Source: Octopus bimaculoides
Lineage: Eukaryota
Length of the DNA: 64,000 nt
Direction: 5' to 3'
NCBI RefSeq assembly: GCF_001194135.2
Contig: NC_068984.1
Coordinates: 60,151,635 to 60,215,634 of the forward strand
Below are positions 54,110 to 64,000 of this stretch, one piece after another (positions within the stretch are counted from its first letter, which is position 1; every line of letters begins with the position of its first letter). The notes under the pieces are model-generated. The model was not told where the DNA came from. It saw only the letters and a program-made list of their open reading frames with translations, and did not search any database. A program made the translations under genes and the position numbers.

Positions 54110-54268
54110 CTAGCACACTCTCTCTCTCTTTCATGTTCTCTCTCTCTCTCTCTTTCATGTTCTCTCTCTCTCTCTTTCATGTTCTCTCTCTCTCTTTCAT
54201 GTTCTCTCTCTCTCTCTTTCATGTTCTCTCTCTCTCTCTTTCATGGTCTCTCTCTCTCTCTCTTTCAT

Positions 54269-54304
<36 letters not shown>

Positions 54305-54305
54305 T
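54110..54305. repeat. (CT)n-TTCATGT minisatellite
   Basis: About 7 units of variable (CT)n followed by ttcatg(t/g). Confidence 0.85.
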
Positions 54306-54601
54306 TTCATATTCACTCTCCCCCTTCCCCCTTCTCATATTTTTTATCCCTATTTCTCTCACATTTTCTCCCTACATCTCAAGAAAAAAATATTTTCCTT
54401 CTCCTTTTAGTGGCATGTCTCAGCTTTTCCTCCACCACTTCTGAATATCCACTTCTCTTTCCTCATCCACTCATGTTTCCCTTTTTTTGATACTATTTGT
54501 GGAGGGCTGTTACCTTCAAGACTGATATGAGCAATGGAGTAACTTATCCTCCAACTGGAAATCTGGCCAAAAGCTTGCAACAAAACACACTCCATCTAAA
54601 C

Positions 54602-54781
54602 CAGTTCTCTGCAACCTGTATGCCGCGGCACACTGGGATGATACTAGGTGTGCCACAGTGTAACCTGAATAAAATTTTTTTCCCTATACTTTTAGTCATA
54701 TTGTTAGTTCAGGTGTGGCACCAAATTTTGAAAAGAATATAAGGAGTGTACCGCAAGTGAAAAAAAGGTTCTGGAGCACTG
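54602..54781. mobile_element. hAT (Buster/Charlie-type) MITE, 180 bp
   Basis: Imperfect TIRs cagttctctgcaacc / ggttctggagcactg; 8-bp flanks ATCTAAAC / GTCTAAAC (7/8) with TA at positions 4-5. Confidence 0.75.
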
Positions 54782-55049
54782 GTCTAAACACACAAAGACC
54801 AGATAGTGGTGGCATGTCATTTATTCACCTCCTTCTTTCTCTCCCTCTCTTTCCACCTCTCCCTCCCCCTCTCTCTATCTCTCTCTCTATGTTTCAGATG
54901 TGGGGGTGAGATGGGGGTCATTTTTTATCATCTTCACCTGGCAGTGTGTCTCTTCTTTGTCTTTCTCTCTTCTGAATTTCTAACTGGTTCTCTTCATCTC
55001 TCCTTCTTCTTCTACTCAGACAACTTTGATAACTTATTTGTTCTTTCAC

Positions 55050-55370
55050 TCTGTCTCTCTGTATTTCTCTCTTTATTACACTTGTTCTCTCTCTTTCTCT
55101 CTCTCTCTCTTTTATACTTGCTCTCTCTCTTATACTTGCTTTTTTTCTCTTATAATTGCTCTCTCTGTCTCTCTGTTATGCTTACTCTCTCTCTCTCTGT
55201 TATGCTCTCTCTGTCTCTCTGTTATGCTTACTCTCTCTCTCTCTCTGTTATACTCTCTCTCTGTTATACTCTCTCTCTGTTATACTCTCTCTCTGTTATA
55301 CTCTCTCTCTGTTATACTCTCTCTCTTTCTCTGTTATGCTTACTCTCTCTTTCTGTTATGCTCTGTTCTC
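55050..55370. repeat. (CT)n-GTTATACT / GTTATGCTTA minisatellite
   Basis: Repeated ctctctctgttatact units of about 16-18 nt. Confidence 0.85.
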
Positions 55371-56103
55371 TCCAATTTTCCCCCATTCTTTTCAGAGTTA
55401 CTAGCCTCAAGGTTATAAATTTTCTTCTTCTCCTCTTACTACCACCATCATCAGCACCACCACCACCTCACCCACCCACCCACCTCACCCAATCACCCTC
55501 TAGCTTTACGCTGTTTTCCTCTCTGTCTCTCCTTCTCTAATTTTGTTTTGCTTTTATGTCTGTGTCCCCTCTCCTACCCCTTTTATACTCCTTGGGGCCA
55601 TTATATTATTAGATATTTACCGAATAATGACAAATGTTTTCCACCAAGTAAATTTATGTGTAGTTTATTGACTGGTTTTTGTTTTTACATTAGTTGCAAC
55701 CTGAGGCCACATGCAACCAACTCTTGTCTCGAACAACACTGTTCCATCTCCTGGGGAACTACCTACCACCAACCACACTGGCTGACACTGCCATTGCCAA
55801 AGTTGCTGAAGCTGTCAATTCTGCATACTTTTGAGTAGTTACAAGTTGTTGGTTTTTTTTTTAAATTTTTGTTTTTGACTTGTAACACAAACAAATAATT
55901 TGGGTGTTGTCACACTTAAAACATGGACACAATACTTGAAGATTACCGTCCGTTTTCTTTATACCTATTGGTTATGTCTTTAGCATGGACATAAACCATG
56001 CATACACACACACAGACATGCATTACACACATGCATGCATGAACACACATATAAGTATGTATGTGTATGTATTTTTAAGCCTCATTTTAAGAAGATATAT
56101 ACA

Positions 56104-56140
<37 letters not shown>

Positions 56141-56171
56141 TCATGAATATATATATACATATATACATACA

Positions 56172-56247
<76 letters not shown>

Positions 56248-56254
56248 CGGACCG

Positions 56255-56450
56255 GGCTGTGTGTTGTAGTAAGTACATTTCTTCCTAACCACATGCTTCT
56301 GGGTTCAGTTCTTCTGTATGATACCTTGGGCAAGTGTCTTCTGCTTTAACTTTGGGCTGACCAAACCCTTATAAGTAGATTTGGCAGAAGGAAACTGAAA
56401 GAAACCTGTCATATAATATATATATATATATGTATGTATATACACACACA

Positions 56451-56485
<35 letters not shown>

Positions 56486-56695
56486 CACACACACACCACA
56501 CACACATATATATGTATGTGCGAGTATCTTTGTGTCTGCCTTTATCCTCCAATGCTGTTTGTGTTGATGTCCCTGTAACTTAGTGGTTCAGCAATAGAAA
56601 CCAATAAAATAAGTACCAGGCTCTAAAAAACAAAAAAAATAGTACTGTGGTCAATTTGTTTGACTAAAATTATTCAAAGCAGTGCCCCAGCATGT
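56255..56695 (+). mobile_element. SINE family C: tRNA-like head, CORE-like box, internal (TA)/(CA) microsatellite and 3' module; other copies or parts at 4790-4950(-), 6925-7120(-), 10285-10441, 19553-19797, 36640-36712, 39735-39865(-), 42575-42770(-), 43735-43895(-), 47520-47563, 48695-48905
   Basis: Recurrent ggctgtgtggtaagaagcttgcttccca..gggttcagtcccactg..ccttgggcaagtgtcttct..gaaactgaaagaagcccgtc-(TA)n then gtccctgtaacttag..aataagtac..ccagcatggcc. Confidence 0.8.
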
Positions 56696-56881
56696 CACAT
56701 ATACATACATACATTTATATGAATATATACGAGTGTGTGAATGAGTGAAATTGTGACAGCAATAAAAATGGGTAGAAAAAAGAGTGAAATAGAGAAATAC
56801 AGATACATTATCCTCCTATACTTACAATGTTTATTTATAACCATTTTTATTTAATAAGTCTCCTTGATATATTATTACATA

Positions 56882-56933
<52 letters not shown>

Positions 56934-57738
56934 NNNNNNNNNNNNNNNNNNNNNNNNNNNNNNNNNNNNNNNNNNNNNNNNNNNNNNNNNNNNNNNNNNN
57001 NNNNNNNNNNNNNNNNNNNNNNNNNNNNNNNNNNNNNNNNNNNNNNNNNNNNNNNNNNNNNNNNNNNNNNNNNNNNNNNNNNNNNNNNNNNNNNNNNNNN
57101 NNNNNNNNNNNNNNNNNNNNNNNNNNNNNNNNNNNNNNNNNNNNNNNNNNNNNNNNNNNNNNNNNNNNNNNNNNNNNNNNNNNNNNNNNNNNNNNNNNNN
57201 NNNNNNNNNNNNNNNNNNNNNNNNNNNNNNNNNNNNNNNNNNNNNNNNNNNNNNNNNNNNNNNNNNNNNNNNNNNNNNNNNNNNNNNNNNNNNNNNNNNN
57301 NNNNNNNNNNNNNNNNNNNNNNNNNNNNNNNNNNNNNNNNNNNNNNNNNNNNNNNNNNNNNNNNNNNNNNNNNNNNNNNNNNNNNNNNNNNNNNNNNNNN
57401 NNNNNNNNNNNNNNNNNNNNNNNNNNNNNNNNNNNNNNNNNNNNNNNNNNNNNNNNNNNNNNNNNNNNNNNNNNNNNNNNNNNNNNNNNNNNNNNNNNNN
57501 NNNNNNNNNNNNNNNNNNNNNNNNNNNNNNNNNNNNNNNNNNNNNNNNNNNNNNNNNNNNNNNNNNNNNNNNNNNNNNNNNNNNNNNNNNNNNNNNNNNN
57601 NNNNNNNNNNNNNNNNNNNNNNNNNNNNNNNNNNNNNNNNNNNNNNNNNNNNNNNNNNNNNNNNNNNNNNNNNNNNNNNNNNNNNNNNNNNNNNNNNNNN
57701 NNNNNNNNNNNNNNNNNNNNNNNNNNNNNNNNNNNNNN

Positions 57739-57816
<78 letters not shown>

Positions 57817-57876
57817 CTCGTGTATATTGTTGGAGATTTTTTCTTCCTCCGTCTACCCTTTTTTGGACTTTTCTAT

Positions 57877-57911
57877 ATTTCCGACGAAGAGCTCTGCTCG
57901 AAACGTCAAAT
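57877..57911 (+). ncRNA. Minimal hammerhead-ribozyme-like motif in a probable Penelope pLTR remnant (about 57815-57990)
   Basis: attt-CCGACGA-a-GAGC tct GCTC-GAAAC-GTC-aaat: both core boxes, stem II and a 4-bp stem I are present; U4 is replaced by C. Confidence 0.55.
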
Positions 57912-58448
57912 TCTCTTTCTTCCCTTTCCTGAGCGTCCAGAAACACAATATCTGTATCACGTCCTCGCGTTCTTGTTTTTTGTTGTTTTTTTTGTCGTTT
58001 TTCTCTTTTGAACTCACAATATATAGCAATATATATATATATATATATATTTAGGGTTTCAAATTTTCCACTGTATATAGCCAAAACCCCAGAATCATTC
58101 TACAACCACAACAATATATATACATACAGCTGTAGAAACATAAAGTGTCTTCTAATTGGAAAATGTTTATGAATGTTGCTGGTGCAAAGAGCTGATGTAC
58201 AAAAACAGTATTGAAATATTTAGAAAAAGGATGTTAAAACCTGATATATACTGATATATATCTATCCATTCAAAATGAGAAATAAAATATAAGTCAACAT
58301 CATTCACTCTCTCTTTCTGTGTATATTTATATTGGTAAGATCAGCTGTAATGGGTCTATAATACTGTACACATTGCTTAATTTTACCTACTCCATTGTCA
58401 AATATATGAGTGCATATTTATTTCTGACTTATGGATTATTTGATGACA

Positions 58449-58480
<32 letters not shown>

Positions 58481-58964
58481 TTGTGTGTGTGTGGCAACTA
58501 AAGGATAGAAGTGTTAACAAAGCTACCAGAAAATGGAGCATTGTTGGAAAAGTCAACCCCAAATTTGATGGAACAATGGTTATCATTTCTGTACAACAGA
58601 AAAATATAAAATGCTAACACACAGACTTACTCAATTAGAAAACACAAGACATGCTTACATAGAGAAAGAAATTTAGTCTTGCATCTCTAATCACATATTT
58701 GTCAGATCGATTTTTATTACAGACAAGTTAGTTATTCTCACAATATAAGTAATGGTAACATGTGGAGATTTATCCTGACTATAAAACATATGTGAAATGA
58801 TATCTCCTGAAAGTTCAAGAGAACCTCATCAACAAATAAATTAGAAGTGATCCACCTTTACATAGAACTCTTCTGTCAACCTATGAATCACTGTGATCAC
58901 ATTATCAGAGTTGACTTGTTAACTTCATTTGTGAACCACCTTGTTATAATTCCCTCTTGATAGT

Positions 58965-59429
58965 GTCAAGCTTTAATTGTGGAGGATACCTGTGGAAAGG
59001 GTAAACCTAGGAAGATGTGGGACAGTGGTGAGAAAGGATCTTCAGACATTGGGCCTCACTGAGGAAATGACAAGAGACCGGGAGATGTGGTGATTTGCTG
59101 TACTTGATAAGACATGTGAAGCCAAGTAAAATCAATGTCTTCCACACATACAGGCTTGTCTTTTCAGGTGCCAGTGCCACTTAAAAGGCACCTGTGCTGG
59201 TGCTATGTTAATACACTCATGCTGGTGTTGTGTAAGTGCACCTGTGCCAGTGGCACGTGAGAAGCACCCAGCACACCCTGTTAAGTAGTTAGCATTAGGA
59301 AGGACATCCAGCCATAGAAACCATACCATAACAGACAGTTGGAGTCTAGGCAGCTTCCTGCTAGTCACCTCCATGTTAAACTGTCCAACCCATGCCAGCA
59401 TGGAAAGCGGATGTTAAATGATGATGATG
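58965..59429 (+). mobile_element. RTE LINE 3' end: ORF2 C-terminus, 3'UTR and (GAT)n tail
   Basis: Frame-corrected LIVEDTCGKGKPRKMWD..VRKDLQTLGLTEEMTRDREMW, followed by the ...aggaaggacatccagc...ccaacccatgccagcatggaaagcggatgttaaatgatgatg tail shared by many repeats in the window. Confidence 0.75.
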
Positions 59430-60128
59430 CTGTACTTTCACAAAATTTTCTATGAATGAATGTAAAGAGCAGGATAAACTCAGTAGTAGTGCTGTAAAGT
59501 GCCAGTTCTGTATAAACAAATAATCTTACCCTACAGTATGTATCAGTGAAGGCATGTAGCCAAGTGGTGAGGGTATTGCACTCATTGTTGCAAGATTGTG
59601 GTTTTGATTCCTGGTAATGCATTGTGTTCTTGAGCAAAACACTTTGTTTTACATTGCTCCAGTCCACTCATATATAAATGGGTAACCTGGTGATGGACTG
59701 GTATTCTGATTTGGGGAATGCTGGCCTGCCTGCCTGCCTGCCTGTCTGCCTGCCTAACCAGTGGGGTAGCATCATTGGAAAGCTACAACAATGCAAGGAA
59801 GTGCATTGTGACCAGCAGTGTATAACAATATCTGATATTCTGGTTGATACAGTGATACAGTATGTACTGAGTGTATTTTCTCTCATTTATGGAAATTAAA
59901 TATATATGTGTGTGTGTGTGTGCGTGTATCTCATTCATGAAGCAAAAAAACATGTGGATATCTGTGTATACTAGTGTCAGCAAAATACTTTGTGACATTT
60001 AGTTAATTTTAATAAAAGAGGATTAACTTTCTGAAGGGAAGTAACTCAGGTAAACTATGCTATTTCATCTTCAGACGCTCATTGGGTGAGTACCAAACTG
60101 ATTACTGAGACCAATATAATTGATTAAT

Positions 60129-62154
60129 ATTTCTAGAAAATGCTGTATCCAAGGATAACTCCAGTCTGATAATTGAAAGCAGTAAACAAATCAAAGAATA
60201 AAAGAATATCAGCATTGATTTTTAATAAGACAAGGTTACATATCTGAGGGAAGAGTAAGGGCAAAGACCCGCTTTGATCATAAATGACCATAGGAATGCA
60301 CCTAGAAAGTTTCCCTCCAAGGCACAAGTCCGGGCAAGGTTGTTTATGGAAGACCAGCAGTTGCCCATGCATACCAGCTTCCCCGCTCTATGCTATTGAT
60401 GTTATCCAAGGGAAAGGCAAAGGCTGATACTGCTTGGCACCAGTGATGTCACAATTCAATTCTACAGTTGAGTGAACTGGAGCAATGTAAAATAAAGTGT
60501 CTTGCTCAAGAACATAACACACAGATTGGTCCAGGATTCGAACTCACTTATCACATGGCTGTAAGCCTGGTGCTCTAAGCACTGAGCCATGCACCTTCAT
60601 AAGGGAGGAGTACCAGCCATTTAATTGAGTCTAATATTTAATTGTACCCTATCTCATTGACATAGAAAAAATTAATAGTAAAGTTGACTTCAGGGGGATT
60701 TGAACTCAGGATCTAAAGGGCTGTAGCTAAATACAGCAAGGGATTTTTCCTGATACTCTATTGATTCTGTCACTCCACCAGAAAGGATATCAATATTAAC
60801 ATAATTCTGCTTCTTCTGCAGAATAAGGTATTAGATAAGGCATTGGGTTATCTGCTCTTAGGTCATGTGGTCAAATCTGCTGTTGTTGCCATTCTATTGT
60901 TTCTGTATAGATTTCTGCTCCCTTCTCTCTCTTACCAAATGACAAATTATAGATTTTCGATACAATCCAATAAAAAGAAAGTTTAGGCAAGATTACCTAG
61001 ATCCAGCCGAGAGATTTAGAGATGGTGCTATAACACTTTGGTGGGTATTTTATCAGTCAAGGCATTGAATTACTGATTTGTCGTTATGAAAGTTGTTGTT
61101 GATTTTGTTCCTGCTGTTGTTATTGTTGTAGTCATCATTGTTATTGCTGTTTAGAGCCAAGTTGGACTCAATCAACCAAGCATGTGGTCAAAAGCATCTC
61201 AGCTATGATCATCCTGTCTTTTTATGTATATCTGGAATTACATTGTCCAGCATATCCATCTAGTTTTTAAAGGACAATAGGTGGGGTGGTGGTGGTGGTG
61301 GAATCTGGCTGGTATTTCTTGCAAGTCAAGCAATTATCTTGGGGCTTCCTGATTGGCTCATTGCAAATAAAAGTGTCACTGAATGGTAATGTAAGCAACA
61401 AAATACCCTTTTCTTCTCCGTGTATAACAACTCATTCATTATCATTTGTTTCACTCCAATATAAAAGTAGGGGATCAACCACAATCACCAGAGCATTGGA
61501 TAGAATGCTTGTGGTATTTTTACCAGCTCTCAAATTCCACAGAGGTTAACTTTGAAGACAACTCTGCCTTTCATCCTTTTGGTTGAGAAACAAATTGTCA
61601 GCCTAACATTGGCATAGCTTGTTCTCTCTTCTCCCTCTCTCTCTTTTCTCTTTTATTCTCTCTTTCTTTTTCTTCTTTCTCACTCTCACTTCCTCTCTCT
61701 GTCTCCTCCTGTCTTGTATTTATCTTCTCTCTCCTTTCTCTTTGTCTTCCCTCTCTTTTCTCTATCTTCTCTCTTTTCCTCCCACCTTTTCTCTTACACT
61801 CTCACTTTTCTTTTTCTTTTTTTCATTCTCTTCCTACTGTCTTCTCTCTATCTCCCTCCCTCCCTCTCTCTCTTCTTTCTTTTATTCATTTGTTATTCAA
61901 AACACTAGCTATGTCACATCGTGTTATATGCTTCTGACCTCAGAATTGTATTAGGACCACACATATATCTGTGGAATACTCAACCATTTCTAGAAAATGC
62001 TGTATCCAAGGATAACTCCAGTCTAATAACTGAAAGCAGTAAACAAATCAAAGAATAAAAGAATATCAGCATTGATTTCTAATAAGTACAAGGTTACATA
62101 TCTGAGGGAAGAGTAACAGCAAAGACCCGCTTTGGTCATGAATGACCATGGGAA
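60129..62154 (+). repeat. Direct repeat pair, about 168 bp (60129-60296 and 61986-62154)
   Basis: About 8 substitutions and 1 indel by manual alignment; includes unique flank plus a SINE 3' end. Confidence 0.9.
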
Positions 62155-62231
62155 CAAGTGACCATGGGAATTCTTCCTAATCTCATGAGTAAGAATTCAC
62201 CTTGTCAAACAAGTGAATATTCATTGTTCAG

Positions 62232-62352
62232 ATTGATAGGGAATCCACCTCTGTTAAAATATCAACATTATAATATTCCTATTCAGTGTGCTAAAATACA
62301 TGTTGGATGCAGAGAGTTAAAACTAACAAACTACATGAGACACCATTCAAAG
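62232..62352 (+). CDS. Candidate internal exon (LIGNPPLLKYQHYNIPIQCAKIHVGCRELKLTNYMRHHSK)
   Basis: Acceptor ttcattgttcag, 121 nt open in one frame, donor AAG|gtatca; no recognisable homology. Confidence 0.25.
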
Positions 62353-64000
62353 GTATCAAATTTCGAATGGAAAGTCATAAGGCTTCTAAGGCAAAAGCAA
62401 ATGTTTGTTGGGGGTTGTTTTCTATTTCACATCAGACCTCTGACTGGGAGATGTGAGTGGATCTGATGGGGAGACTCATTTTCAGTTAAGAGGGTGCAGT
62501 AAAATCACTCTGACCAGATATAGACCTATCCAGGAGCATAAGAGTGATCATTGTAGATAAACACACATAGTGCTCTGGAAAGGCAGACTTGATATTTCTC
62601 AACAATTCCAGAAAGTGAACTACCAGAACCTGATTGATAGGGCTTTGGTTGATGGTTGCATGCAGCCTCATTCCTCATTGAAGTCAGCTGCTGTAGTTTC
62701 TTGGCCAGATCAGTATGTTATTTCTTGCAAATAAATAGGTTTGAAGCCAAAACTATTGAAAAAAAGCCACTAGAGAGTTAGCTGTGTCCACTGTCACTGG
62801 CTCCATGTAGTTTTGGTTGACAAAAGATTGTAGATAGAACTCTTCTGCAGATGAAGGCTAATTCAGCCCTTGCTACCTCAGTCAGGTGAAGAATAACTGC
62901 CACTCCATCAGTTATGACAATGAAGGTTCCAGTTGATGCAATCAATGGAAAACAGCTTGCTTATGAAATTAGTGTGCAAGTGGCTGAGCACTCCACATAC
63001 ATGGATACCCTTAATGTAGTTCCGAGGGAGATTCAGTATGACACAGAATGTGATAAGGTTGGCCCATTGAAATTCAGGTACTACTAACTTTTTGCCAACT
63101 GAGTGAACTGGATTAATGTGAAATAAAGTATCTTGCTCAAGGACACCCCCCCCCCAGGAATCGAACTCATGACCTTGTGATCTTGAGTTAGAAACCCTAA
63201 CCACCAAGCCACACACTTTTCTCTTGGATGTAGAATACAGGTTAAGGGGTGACACCCTCATAAGCCTGACATACTTGCTGATGATACAGAAGGATTCACA
63301 TCAATGCTTTCATTCACTATCAAGAAAAAGTGTTCAACACATCTTTAAGTGACTCTTACAGTTTCTGCTTGAGGAAAAAGATTTTGGTGCTTATTTCATC
63401 TCTATGAGACTGAGACTCCTAATGGTTTGTTGTGCTTGAAAAGATATGTCAAGCTAGGTAAAAGTGTGGTTGCCCTTGCATACAGGCTCACTCTTTGCAA
63501 CCCTCTCCAGCTGAACATCCATAATCTTGTGAGCTTTTAAGTGCTGGTGTCACGTAAAAAGCACCCATGCTGGTGCCGCATAAAAGTGGTTGGCATTAGG
63601 AAGGGCATCTAGCTGAAGAAACCATGCCAAAACAGACTGGAGCCTGAACAGTCCTTCAACTGGTCAGCTCCTGTCGAAGCACCCAGCCCATGCCAGCATG
63701 GAAAATGGACGCTAAATGATAATAGTAATGATGATGATTTCAAGTCAGTAGTGGAAATATTGCATAGCAATACTTTTCAAGGAGATGGTGATATATATCA
63801 TGTTTTTTTTTTTTTAATAGCAGTGGTTTCTGATTGAAACAAGTCAACTGTTTTCATTGGCTTTTCAAATTATTGGTTTTATTTGTTGGTTGTAAGAAGT
63901 GTCCATATTTTTTGGTGATGGGGTGGGCTTTGAACTCAGAATGCACAGAGCTGAAACAAAAATTGCAAGGCATCCTAACCTGACATCCTTATTGTTCAGT

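Larger units (their letters stand above)
1..64000. other. Microsatellite-rich scaffold with 14 assembly gaps: 5670-5940, 9098-9702, 10663-11186, 15250-15903, 17383-17695, 22885-23760, 28130-28564, 37654-37703, 42841-42850, 43300-43514, 45192-45918, 47564-48333, 51105-51798, 56934-57738
   Basis: Runs of N, most flanked by (TA)n, (CA)n or (CCT)n arrays or by young repeats. Confidence 0.97.

Noticed and set aside
18-58084. Numerous ORFs of the YIYI, CVCV, THTH, IIII, SSSS and LSLS type, and long ORFs containing X
   Set aside because: Translations of microsatellites or reading through N-gaps; no coding signal.
58500-58780. Minus-strand acceptor at about 58592 and donor at about 58630
   Set aside because: The implied intron (about 39 nt) is too short, the upstream segment has stops in all frames and the downstream donor is weak.
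62480-62830. Possible CR1-like endonuclease remnant (ADFNE, LDRS.GQS) on the minus strand
   Set aside because: Only two short motif echoes across frames; insufficient without a profile search.

Overview
AT-rich animal genomic scaffold, mostly intronic or intergenic. The dense (TA)n/(CA)n/(CAT)n microsatellites and SINE/RTE repeats suggest a coleoid cephalopod such as Octopus; this is inferred from repeat content and not verified. About 6.9 kb lies in 14 N-gaps. There are no prokaryotic features, rRNA, true tRNA or CRISPR array, and almost all listed ORFs are microsatellite or gap artefacts. Recognisable coding remnants are transposon-derived: an Hsmar1-like DD34D mariner (11.6-12.9 kb), a Tc1-like element with DD36E spacing (25.0-26.3 kb), an Academ-like transposase/nuclease gene (19.8-22.3 kb), a Penelope-like RT (8.2-9.1 kb), many RTE LINE fragments, a CR1-like YADD remnant, hAT/piggyBac/Tc1 MITEs, a Helentron-type HINE and several tRNA-derived SINE families. 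One plausible host exon (31747-31905, +) suggests that much of the window is intron of a large unidentified gene. The most notable non-standard signals are a ~220-bp fold-back with A-C mismatches (43.1-43.3 kb), hammerhead-ribozyme-like cores (57.9 and 48.5 kb), SINEs carrying an internal microsatellite, and recurrent local 100-300 bp duplications. I see no convincing evidence of a wholly new multi-gene system.
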